Below, piece after piece: positions 1-8,084 of a stretch of DNA of 57,856 nt (positions are counted from its first letter, which is position 1; each line of letters begins with the position of its first letter). The translations under genes and the position numbers were made by a program. Under the pieces are notes generated by a model that worked only from the letters and a program-made list of their open reading frames with translations, did not search any database and was not told where the DNA came from. The stretch comes from Dehalococcoidales bacterium (GTDB lineage: Bacteria > Chloroflexota > Dehalococcoidia > Dehalococcoidales > UBA1222). The DNA is taken from the NCBI GenBank assembly GCA_016286345.1, contig JAEESL010000004.1:1-57856 (forward strand), given 5' to 3'.

Positions 1-73
1 AACCCCAAAAAGCACTTTATGATTATATAGATTTGAATAAAGAAGTGCAAAAAGAAAGAAGGATTGATTTCCA

Positions 74-457
74 ATGTCAACTTGTTTTATTAACAGCTTC
101 TTGTTTAAATACAAAATCAACAGTTTAGTCATCAGTTATGCATGTGATCTGACCCGCGATGATATGGCTGCTATTAAAATATCGAAGGTTTCCAAAGAGA
201 AGAATGAATTAATAAAGAAAGAAGTAGACCCTGAAATCGTAACCAGTATTGAACGTATTATCCGCGATAACAGGGCGAACTTATGGACAGATGAACCTCT
301 GGCCGAATCAGCTCAGAAGTCTTTGATAAAATACAGTCTCCAGGTCAGCTGCGACAGCGGACATAACCTTAAATGCAATAATGAAGAGTATGGATCTCTT
401 CCGGATACTTTCCTTAATTTCTGTACTGACATTGATGTGCTTTTTACTAAAGCCTGA
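74..457 (+). CDS. hypothetical protein; true start may be downstream (MAAIKISK)
   Basis: Open frame of 127 codons, no recognisable motif. Confidence 0.4.
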   Translation: MSTCFINSFLFKYKINSLVISYACDLTRDDMAAIKISKVSKEKNELIKKEVDPEIVTSIERIIRDNRANLWTDEPLAESAQKSLIKYSLQVSCDSGHNLKCNNEEYGSLPDTFLNFCTDIDVLFTKA

Positions 458-525
458 TAACTTATTGTTTTATTAATGTATTCCTACTGCTAAAATCATA
501 TAAAAATAGATGAGGTCAATTTCGT

Positions 526-1086
526 ATGACAAGTGTCATCGTCATTATTGCAATAAACTTATTTATCTTTATATGCGCACAGTTTGTTCCTGACAATATC
601 ATTTATGATCTGTGTGTCAGCCGTGCATCATTTACTCATCCATGGCAGTTTATTACCAGTATGTTCCTGCATACGGAGTTTTTTCATATTCTGGGCAATA
701 TGTATACTCTTTATTTTTTCGGAACGGCAATATGCAGGTTACTTGATGAAAAGAAATTCCTTCTCATTTATTTCATAGGCGGTATTGCAGGCGGCATTTT
801 CTTTGCTTTGCTTGCTCCTCACTACAGCATTGCTCTCGGTGCCAGCGGTGCTATCTTTGCCGTAGGTGCGGCTCTGGCGGTACTGCAGCCTAAGATGAAG
901 GTCATGGTATTCCCGATTCCTGTCCAGATGCCGTTATGGGTCGCATTGCTGGGTGGCGGTATACTGATTTCTTTTCTGATGTCCAATATTGCCTGGCAGG
1001 CACATCTCGGCGGTGCTGTGGCAGGGGCTTTGTTTGGTTTGTATTACAGGAAAAAGTATCTTAAATCTTTCAGATATTACAATTAA
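526..1086 (+). CDS. rhomboid family intramembrane serine protease
   Basis: PWQFITSMFLH, HILGNM, catalytic GASG and AHLGG motifs; hydrophobic; GAGG RBS upstream. Confidence 0.95.
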   Translation: MTSVIVIIAINLFIFICAQFVPDNIIYDLCVSRASFTHPWQFITSMFLHTEFFHILGNMYTLYFFGTAICRLLDEKKFLLIYFIGGIAGGIFFALLAPHYSIALGASGAIFAVGAALAVLQPKMKVMVFPIPVQMPLWVALLGGGILISFLMSNIAWQAHLGGAVAGALFGLYYRKKYLKSFRYYN

Positions 1087-1088
1087 CA

Positions 1089-1116
1089 AAAAAGGCGAAC
1101 TGCAGTTCGCCTTTTT
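1089..1116. terminator. bidirectional intrinsic terminator
   Basis: Perfect palindrome AAAAAGGCGAACTGCAGTTCGCCTTTTT between the convergent rhomboid gene and ccm operon. Confidence 0.85.
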
Positions 1117-1136
1117 GATCTGTTCTTAGTTATTTA

Positions 1137-1274
1137 CTATTTTTCAATTTTGTCTTTGAGGGTTTCGATTTCCTGTCGGTTTTTCTTCTGTTTTCGCATT
1201 ATATCAAAAACAAGAACACATAAACCGATCCAGATAAGTGTGTAAGCAGCGAATAAATATCCTAAATTATCCAT
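1137..1274 (-). CDS. ccmD: heme exporter protein CcmD (45 aa, not in the ORF track)
   Basis: Manual translation MDNLGYLFAAYTLIWIGLCVLVFDIMRKQKKNRQEIETLKDKIEK*; ATG overlaps the ccmC stop (TAATG); one TM with YLFAAY plus charged tail. Confidence 0.85.
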   Translation of the reverse strand: MDNLGYLFAAYTLIWIGLCVLVFDIMRKQKKNRQEIETLKDKIEK

Positions 1275-1951
1275 TAGTCATTCTCCTTTAAAAGTCTTTT
1301 CTTCATTCTTGCAATTTCATATTCATCTGTTCTCAGATCGTAGTAGAGGAACATGAAAAGGAAATAGACTGCAAACATAGCGGCAATTGAAAGGAGTAGT
1401 GTAAGCAGCATCGTTCCATGAAGGCCGTCGTTGAAGATCATTGCTTTTGGATGGGTGGTAGGTGCCAGCTGGATGCTAAGGGCGACGATGGGAATATCAA
1501 TGAAACCGACAATGCCGATGATTGAACCGAATCTGTATTTTTTCTCTTCTTCAGAGATATATGATCTGATTATAAAGTAAGCAAGATAGATCAGCCACAT
1601 TACAAGTGAACTTGTAAGCCTGGCGTCCCATGTCCACCAAACGCCCCAGATAGGCTTTGCCCAGATCATTCCGGTAAGAAGGATCAATGTGGCAAATACA
1701 AGGCCTATTTTTGCGGATGATTCAGCAATAAAATCATATTTGGGGTTACGGGTCTTCAGATAAACTATTCCAAAGACAAATGTTACAAAGAATGAGAAAA
1801 ATGCATTCCATGCAACCGGGACGTGGAAATAGAAGATACGTTGAATATTGCCCATAGTGGCTTCTGTAGGACAAACAATAAAAACCATGACAAGCGCAAC
1901 AATAATCATTACTGCGCTTATACCGAATGCAATAAGTGTTCTACGTCGCAT
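1274..1951 (-). CDS. ccmC: heme exporter protein CcmC
   Basis: RIFYFHVP and Trp-rich WAKPIWGVWWTWDARLT motif; operon context. Confidence 0.95.
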   Translation of the reverse strand: MRRRTLIAFGISAVMIIVALVMVFIVCPTEATMGNIQRIFYFHVPVAWNAFFSFFVTFVFGIVYLKTRNPKYDFIAESSAKIGLVFATLILLTGMIWAKPIWGVWWTWDARLTSSLVMWLIYLAYFIIRSYISEEEKKYRFGSIIGIVGFIDIPIVALSIQLAPTTHPKAMIFNDGLHGTMLLTLLLSIAAMFAVYFLFMFLYYDLRTDEYEIARMKKRLLKEND

Positions 1952-1960
1952 AACTCCTCC

Positions 1961-2632
1961 TTATTCTTCAACAATATATCTAAATAAAATAAACGGGACT
2001 GTAACAAAGATGATGTCAAATGCCACAATAATCAGCATGTATTGTGTGATATCACTGAATTTGCCTCCGTCGAGAATGACGGATGTCGCAGATACGGCGG
2101 CGATAATCAGTGGTACCACTGTGGGAAGAAACAGAATAGGGAGTACCATTTCCCGTGCTCTCGTATTGACTGCAAGCGCTGAGAAAAGTATTCCTATCGA
2201 AACAAATCCGATCGTGGCAAGTAAAGTGACAAGAATAACAATGGGATTGATAACTGATACATTATATAAAAGTGTAAAAACAGGGAAGACAACGATTTCT
2301 ATGATCAGCATGAAAACAATGCTGCCTATTGCCTTGCCCAGGAAAATCGCATCCCTGCTTACAGGGCTTGCAAGAAGACCTTCCATACAGTTATCTTCTT
2401 TTTCAGAAATAAAGGCTCTGTTGATGGATAAGACACCTGAAAACGCAAACGCCACCCATAACATACCGGGAGCAAGCGAAAGAATTGTTTTCTGATCAGC
2501 TGTGAAAGCAAAATGGAAAATGATAAGTGTCAGAACAGCAAACAGCAGAACAGAGGAAATAATCTCTCTGTTTCTAAGTTCGGAAATAACATCCTTTTTT
2601 GCTATTGCGAAGACTGCTTTCCAGTAGTTCAT
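1961..2632 (-). CDS. ccmB: heme exporter permease CcmB
   Basis: FISEKEDNCMEGL (FxxE/DxxDGxLE-like) and LPILFLP motifs, multi-TM, overlaps ccmA. Confidence 0.93.
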   Translation of the reverse strand: MNYWKAVFAIAKKDVISELRNREIISSVLLFAVLTLIIFHFAFTADQKTILSLAPGMLWVAFAFSGVLSINRAFISEKEDNCMEGLLASPVSRDAIFLGKAIGSIVFMLIIEIVVFPVFTLLYNVSVINPIVILVTLLATIGFVSIGILFSALAVNTRAREMVLPILFLPTVVPLIIAAVSATSVILDGGKFSDITQYMLIIVAFDIIFVTVPFILFRYIVEE

Positions 2633-3339
2633 TTTTTGCCTTCGTTGACTTCACTGTATATTTTTTCCAGATCACTCTCTGTGATGCCGTTATTATCCTG
2701 TCGGTGAACAACAGATCCCTTTTTCATGATTATAAATTCATCACAGATTTTTACAGTGCTCTGAAAATTATGACTTGTAAAAATAACTGTTCTTTCTGTA
2801 TCGTCTGTTCTGACGATTTCCCATAACAGCTCCATGCTGTCACGGTCCAGTCCTGTTTCCGGTTCATCCAGCAAAAGAATAGACGGCTGATGTAAAAGAG
2901 CTCTCGCCAGACTCAGCCGCTGTGTCATACCGCGCGAATATGTTCCGACACGATCGTTCCTTCTGTCATACAGATTTACTTTTTTCAGTATCTCATCGAT
3001 CCGTTTGTCCGGATCCTTTAAATTGTAAAGGCTGGAATAGAACTTCAGATTCTCCTTTGCGGACAGATTTGAATACAGGTAACTGTTATGAGACAGTAAA
3101 CCAATCTTGCTTCGCAGTAAAGTGTCATCTTCTTTCAGTTCTTTGCCGTCGATGAAGACTTTACCTTCAGTAGGGTGCATGATGGTTGACAGTACTCTGA
3201 TAAGCGTACTTTTTCCGGCTCCGTTATGACCAAGGATTGCAAGTATTCTGTTTTTGTCTACGGATAGATTGACGTTTTTAAGGGCTTTAAAATCCCCAAA
3301 CCGTTTTGTTAAATCCTTACACTCTATCGCATATGACAT
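2629..3339 (-). CDS. ccmA: heme exporter ATP-binding protein CcmA
   Basis: Walker A GHNGAGKST, signature YSRGMTQR, Walker B LLLDEP; next to ccmB. Confidence 0.92.
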   Translation of the reverse strand: MSYAIECKDLTKRFGDFKALKNVNLSVDKNRILAILGHNGAGKSTLIRVLSTIMHPTEGKVFIDGKELKEDDTLLRSKIGLLSHNSYLYSNLSAKENLKFYSSLYNLKDPDKRIDEILKKVNLYDRRNDRVGTYSRGMTQRLSLARALLHQPSILLLDEPETGLDRDSMELLWEIVRTDDTERTVIFTSHNFQSTVKICDEFIIMKKGSVVHRQDNNGITESDLEKIYSEVNEGKK

Positions 3340-3354
3340 CTGAATAATGTTGCC

Positions 3355-5310
3355 TTATCTTTCCTTGGAGAATGCAACCAATCCGCCCAGGACAAGAATG
3401 ATACCGCCGATCCAGATCCACAGTACTCCGGGATTGACTTTAACTGAGATAGTGGAAGTATTATCATCCCAGTCATCCAAACTGATGTATATATCATCAA
3501 TGAGTGTGGATCTGATTCCTATCTCTGATACCCACTGGGCCTGGCTTCTGTAGAATGATCTGTGAGGAGTTATTCTGCCGACGTATTTGCCATTCTTGGT
3601 GACATCATAGAATGCGTAATAGTTTATCTTGTTACCCATTCCTCCGCCTTCAGGTATCTGATCCATCGATAACTGCATTCCATCAAAGGTTATTTCATAA
3701 TTGCTGACTGTAAGTGATTCACCTATCGCCAGAGTATTTGATTCGCTTTCAGGGAAAACAGTTGATGCCATGATACCGAGAGCCATAATGGCAATACCAA
3801 TGTGTGCAAGATAAGAACCATATCGCGGTCTGTTTGTCTTGAATAAATTGCCAAGGGCTTCAAAGACGGTCTTATTTGTACCGCTGGCAGCCGTTTTGAT
3901 ATCCATGATCCATTTCCAGATGGTGCTGGCAATCATATAGAAGAATGCAAATCCGCTTACAATTACATACCATTTTGTCCAGCCAATGAAAGCCATGACA
4001 ACAGATGCGGCAATTGCTACCAGAACAGGGACCAGAATATCAAGTTTCATTTCTTTTGCAGATTTCTTCTTGAAATCAAACATAATGCCGATTCCGGCGA
4101 TTACAGCCAGTATTACAAATAAAGGTACATTTACTGTCTGGAAGAACGCCTTGGTCTGTTCAATTCGTCTGCCTGTCAGGATTTCTGAGAAGAAAGGATA
4201 CATTGTGCCAACCCAGGTAGCGAATGTTGAAAGAGAAAGAAGTACATTTACCAAAAGGAATGAAGTATCTGAAGAGAAGAAACTGTCTTCTTCTGATGTT
4301 GTCTTATATAGTTTTTTGTTTCTGATAAGTAAAGTCAGGGAAACACCAAGTGAAATAATCAGGAATACAAGGAAAGCAGGACCCATTGCGGTCGATCCGA
4401 ATGAGTGAACTGATTCCAGAATGTCGCTTCTGGAAAGAAATGCGCCAAACATTGTCATATTGAATGCAAAAATGATAAGGACATAATTCCAGATCTTGAA
4501 GGAATTGCGTCTCTTTTCCATGAGAGATGAATGGAGGAAAGCAGTGGCAAGCAGCCATGGCATCAGACCGCTGTTCTCAACAGGATCCCAGGCCCAGTAG
4601 CCACCCCAGCCGAGTTCCACATAAGCCCACCACATACCGAGAATGTTACCGGCTCCGAGGAATAACCATCCAAGCAGAGCCCATGGACGTGCTTCTGTAA
4701 TCCAAAGACTGTCAGTTCTTTTCTGTATAAGAGAAGAGACTGCAAGAGCAAATGGTACTGCAAGCAGTACATAACCTATCAACAATAGGGGAGGATGCAG
4801 GATCATTGCTATGTTTTCAAGGAGAGGGTTAAGACCGTGACCATTGGTGTACGGCATAGCTGCGGGAGTGAACGGGTTAGCTGAAAAAATAAGTACAATA
4901 AACAAAATATTGACCAGGAGCATTACAGGCATTGCCTGGGGAACTAATTCTTTAAGCCCCGGTCTCTTGATCTTAATAAGAAGGAAACTCAACAGACTGC
5001 ATATCCATGCCCATATAAGAAGTGCACCTGCATTACCTGCCCACAGAGCTGTAATCTTGTAAATAAGGGCTGTTTCATTTGATGTGTATTGATATACATA
5101 TTGCAGGGTATAATTGTCTGCGATAAGTGCTATCAGAAGCAGAAGCTCAGAGAGTGTTAAAATCGCAAAGATGGTTTTTATGCCAAATTCCGCATATTTG
5201 TTCAGTACAGTGGTATCCTTCTTTTTGTTCCATGACATAAAATAAAGAACACCTGTCATTACTGACACTATAAGTGCAATGACCAGCAGCAGATTTCCTA
5301 ATGTACTCAT
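3355..5310 (-). CDS. ccmF: cytochrome c heme lyase CcmF
   Basis: GLNPLL, HPP, WGGYWAWDPVEN and SVHSF motifs. Confidence 0.97.
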   Translation of the reverse strand: MSTLGNLLLVIALIVSVMTGVLYFMSWNKKKDTTVLNKYAEFGIKTIFAILTLSELLLLIALIADNYTLQYVYQYTSNETALIYKITALWAGNAGALLIWAWICSLLSFLLIKIKRPGLKELVPQAMPVMLLVNILFIVLIFSANPFTPAAMPYTNGHGLNPLLENIAMILHPPLLLIGYVLLAVPFALAVSSLIQKRTDSLWITEARPWALLGWLFLGAGNILGMWWAYVELGWGGYWAWDPVENSGLMPWLLATAFLHSSLMEKRRNSFKIWNYVLIIFAFNMTMFGAFLSRSDILESVHSFGSTAMGPAFLVFLIISLGVSLTLLIRNKKLYKTTSEEDSFFSSDTSFLLVNVLLSLSTFATWVGTMYPFFSEILTGRRIEQTKAFFQTVNVPLFVILAVIAGIGIMFDFKKKSAKEMKLDILVPVLVAIAASVVMAFIGWTKWYVIVSGFAFFYMIASTIWKWIMDIKTAASGTNKTVFEALGNLFKTNRPRYGSYLAHIGIAIMALGIMASTVFPESESNTLAIGESLTVSNYEITFDGMQLSMDQIPEGGGMGNKINYYAFYDVTKNGKYVGRITPHRSFYRSQAQWVSEIGIRSTLIDDIYISLDDWDDNTSTISVKVNPGVLWIWIGGIILVLGGLVAFSKER

Positions 5311-5322
5311 TGATTTATTCTC

Positions 5323-5709
5323 CTAAACTGCAGGTTCATATTTAGATGAGCATTTGACGATTAATTCATTTGCAATGAAAGTTGCTGTATTAGGATCGTA
5401 CTTTCCTGCGGCAACAACTTCATTGCCGATTTTGAATGTATCAGGAATTGAGCCTTCATAATAAGCATTAAGAACCAAGGATTCATCATTCATATCAGTG
5501 AGGACAAATGCCACTGAATTCTTATCTCTTTCTTCAGACAAAAGGGTTCCATTGACTTTGGTGTTATGCATCTGCTGTTCAACAGTCTGTGACAAAAAAT
5601 CACCGACTTCATAATAATATGCATTATCACCCATAAAATAAGCATATCCGAGTACTGCAATTGCAAACGCAACTGCTACTGATGAAATTACAATCGTTTT
5701 TGATTTCAT
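5323..5709 (-). CDS. ccmE: heme chaperone CcmE, CxxxY (System I*) variant
   Basis: N-terminal TM, YEGSIPDTFK and KCSSKY motif instead of HxxxY. Confidence 0.93.
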   Translation of the reverse strand: MKSKTIVISSVAVAFAIAVLGYAYFMGDNAYYYEVGDFLSQTVEQQMHNTKVNGTLLSEERDKNSVAFVLTDMNDESLVLNAYYEGSIPDTFKIGNEVVAAGKYDPNTATFIANELIVKCSSKYEPAV

Positions 5710-5735
5710 TTCTTTGTCCTCACAATCATTTTGTC

Positions 5736-5744
5736 ATTATATCA
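5736..5744 (-). promoter_or_regulatory. extended -10 (TGnTATAAT) upstream of ccmE
   Basis: Minus strand reads TGATATAAT about 27 nt before the ccmE ATG, followed by a GAGGA RBS. Confidence 0.5.
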
Positions 5745-5753
5745 CATTAATAT

Positions 5754-6206
5754 TTACACGTGTTCAATCTGGTGTTCTTTGATATCGTCCAGAAGCTCAT
5801 ACAACAGTGTATACAGCTGACCGGCTTTTTCCGGAGATAAGCTGATACAATTTTTCATGGAATCCGGGATGGTTGCGGCTTTCTCCCGCATTTCCCATCC
5901 TTTTGATGTCAGTCTAATTTTAACAATACGTTCGTCTGATAACTCCCGTGATTTGGTGATGTAACCATTTGATTCCATTCTTTTCAGCAATGGTGTCAGA
6001 GTACTGTTATTTAGATACAACTTTTCTCCAAGATCACCGACGGTTATATCATCTTTTTCCCAAAGAACCATGAAGACAATGTATTCTGTATAGGTTAGTC
6101 CGAGTGGTTTGAATGCCGGGTTATACAGATTTACAACCTGTCGTGCAGCTGCATAAAGAGGAAAACATAACTGATTTTCCAGCTTAAGCTTTAGATACTG
6201 ATCCAT
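5754..6206 (-). CDS. MarR family regulator, OhrR-like
   Basis: LENQLCFPLY with the N-terminal Cys typical of OhrR; TLTPLLKRME...DER winged helix. Confidence 0.88.
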   Translation of the reverse strand: MDQYLKLKLENQLCFPLYAAARQVVNLYNPAFKPLGLTYTEYIVFMVLWEKDDITVGDLGEKLYLNNSTLTPLLKRMESNGYITKSRELSDERIVKIRLTSKGWEMREKAATIPDSMKNCISLSPEKAGQLYTLLYELLDDIKEHQIEHV

Positions 6207-6235
6207 TCGAAATCTCCGAAATTATATTCATAAAT

Positions 6236-6274
6236 ATACGTTTATAATATATACGTATGTATCAAATACGTCAA
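6236..6274 (-). promoter_or_regulatory. sigma70-type promoter of the MarR gene with three phased ATACGT repeats
   Basis: -35 TTGACG (6274-6269), 17 nt spacer, -10 TATATT (6251-6246); ATACGT at 6236, 6251 and 6266. Confidence 0.55.
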
Positions 6275-6320
6275 GACTTAAATCATTGAATCGGGTGATT
6301 CACTGAGACCTGATGGCAAT

Positions 6321-6352
6321 AAAAAAACCGCTAGTGGTGTAGCGGTTTTTTT
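6321..6352 (-). terminator. intrinsic terminator after the small multiheme cytochrome gene
   Basis: AAAAAAACCGCTA-GTGGTG-TAGCGGTTTTTTT hairpin with A/T tails. Confidence 0.85.
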
Positions 6353-6376
6353 ATCAATATTCAATTGTAATGATTA

Positions 6377-6853
6377 TTAGATATTTGAAATATCGGTCAA
6401 ATCATGGCACATAGTGCACATATCATTACTATATGCCTTGTGGTTATCAGGAAGTGCACCAGCAACAGCACCGGTATGACACTTTCCTGCAAGTGATACA
6501 TCGAAGTTTGAGTGATCAGGAACAACTTTGTTGGGAAGTGCTTCGATGTTAGTTACATCATGACACAACACACACAGGTCAGTAGTAAAGTCTTTATGGC
6601 TTTCTGGAACAGCACTGGCCGATGAACCATCGTGGCATGCAGCACAAAGATCGCCGGAAGTGTATGAGGCGTGGCTGGGTGTTGGTTCAGGTCCGGATGT
6701 AGGAGGATTGGTTGTGGGAGGAGTTGTTGTAGGTCCCTGTGATGTAGGAGGATTGGTTGTGGGAGGAGTGGAAGTTTTCTTACCGCTACATGCAACAGAG
6801 AACAGTGAAAGAACCAATACTGTCACAGCAATGACTGTCAAAAGCTTTTTCAT
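6377..6853 (-). CDS. lipoprotein multiheme cytochrome c (3 CxxCH plus 1 AxxCH) with Pro/Thr stalk
   Basis: Lipobox SVA-C; PPTTNPPTS repeats; CAACH, CVLCH, AGKCH, CTMCH. Confidence 0.88.
   Translation of the reverse strand: MKKLLTVIAVTVLVLSLFSVACSGKKTSTPPTTNPPTSQGPTTTPPTTNPPTSGPEPTPSHASYTSGDLCAACHDGSSASAVPESHKDFTTDLCVLCHDVTNIEALPNKVVPDHSNFDVSLAGKCHTGAVAGALPDNHKAYSNDMCTMCHDLTDISNI
6696..6769. repeat. 29-bp exact direct repeat, two copies at 45-bp period, encoding the TPPTTNPPTS linker
   Basis: GATGTAGGAGGATTGGTTGTGGGAGGAGT at 6696-6724 and 6741-6769. Confidence 0.85.
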
Positions 6854-7016
6854 TTTGTCCGTACATTCATCCTTTCTTTAGATTTTACAATTTTCTATTC
6901 TAACAAACTCTTATCGTGTAGACAAGTACAGCTATTTTTTAAACAATCTTATTATTCCATCAATGATGAGTATTAGATATTACCAATGTCACATTTTTCC
7001 AGAACAGCAGGCAAAT

Positions 7017-7044
7017 AAAAAGGCCCTTCAGACGAAGGGCCTTT
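7017..7044 (-). terminator. intrinsic terminator after the dodecaheme cytochrome gene
   Basis: AAAAAGGCCCTTC-AGAC-GAAGGGCCTTT; U-tract on the minus strand. Confidence 0.85.
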
Positions 7045-7064
7045 AATAACATATGCTTTAGATA

Positions 7065-8072
7065 TTAGATGTTTGTAATATCGTTAATATCGTGGCAGGC
7101 GAAGCACATATCGTTGTTGTATGCCTTGTGATTGTCAGGCATTGCATTTGCAGCTGATCCATCGTGACAAGTTGCACAGATTGCAGGATCAGTGAAGGTT
7201 GAGTGATCAGGAACTGTCTGAGGATTTTCGATATCGTTTACATCGTGACAATTGAAACACTGATCAACAGAGTAGCCTGCATGATTCTCAGGGAGTGCAT
7301 TTGCAGCTTTGCCGTTGTGGCAGGTTGCACAGGTTGAAGGATCAGTGAATGCAGTGTGATCAGGCAGTGTCTTAGGATTCTCGATATCTTTAATATCATG
7401 GCAGGCGAAGCACATATCAGTTGCGAAAGCTGAGTGATCAGGGGTAGTGGGGAGAGCGCCTGCGGCTGAGCCGTCATGACATGTTGCACAGATTGCGGGA
7501 TTAGTGAATCCGGAGTGATCAGGAGTGGATTTAGGATTCTTGATGTCGTTCATATCATGGCAGTTGAAACACTTTGATTTGTCATATCCGGCATGATCTG
7601 CAGGAAGGGCATGAGCATAGCTGCCGTTGTGACATACTTCACAGTTGGCTGCTGAAGTGAATTTTGAATGATCAGGTGTAACTGCACTGTTAGGAAGTTT
7701 TTTGATGTCCTTGGTGTCATGACAAATCAGACACTGAGCTGCAGTGTACTTGCTGTGATCTGCAGGAAGTGCTGATGCTTGTTTTCCATCATGGCAGTAA
7801 GCACAGCCGTCACCAGTGGTCATCTGGGTGTGATCATACATACCGGAAGGATTATCAATTGTATGACACTGTCCGCAGTCCTGGTTGGTATACTGTGAGT
7901 GATCAAGACCGCTCATAGCGGTAGCACCGGCATGACATGCATTGCAGTCTCTGAAGAGCCATTCAGGGCTGTGAGGACCACCGTTCATCGATTTGTTGCC
8001 ACAAGCAGTGGCGCCCAAAGCCAATGCTGCGATAAGGAGTAAACCGAAAATTACTTTTTTGTTAGTTTTCAT
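7065..8072 (-). CDS. lipoprotein dodecaheme cytochrome c built from six tandem di-heme repeats
   Basis: Lipobox ATA-C; 12 CxxCH motifs, each preceded 8-9 residues upstream by another His (PH/DH/NH); AGGAG RBS. Confidence 0.93.
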   Translation of the reverse strand: MKTNKKVIFGLLLIAALALGATACGNKSMNGGPHSPEWLFRDCNACHAGATAMSGLDHSQYTNQDCGQCHTIDNPSGMYDHTQMTTGDGCAYCHDGKQASALPADHSKYTAAQCLICHDTKDIKKLPNSAVTPDHSKFTSAANCEVCHNGSYAHALPADHAGYDKSKCFNCHDMNDIKNPKSTPDHSGFTNPAICATCHDGSAAGALPTTPDHSAFATDMCFACHDIKDIENPKTLPDHTAFTDPSTCATCHNGKAANALPENHAGYSVDQCFNCHDVNDIENPQTVPDHSTFTDPAICATCHDGSAANAMPDNHKAYNNDMCFACHDINDITNI

Positions 8073-8084
8073 ATTTGTATCTCC

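Noticed and set aside
1848-2495. 215-aa plus-strand ORF and similar long shadows (19413..20021, 40426..41034)
   Set aside because: They lie opposite well-supported genes and show no family motifs
6377-8072. CRISPR array or DGR-like repeats
   Set aside because: Repeats are in-frame coding duplications with no unique spacers, cas genes or reverse transcriptase nearby
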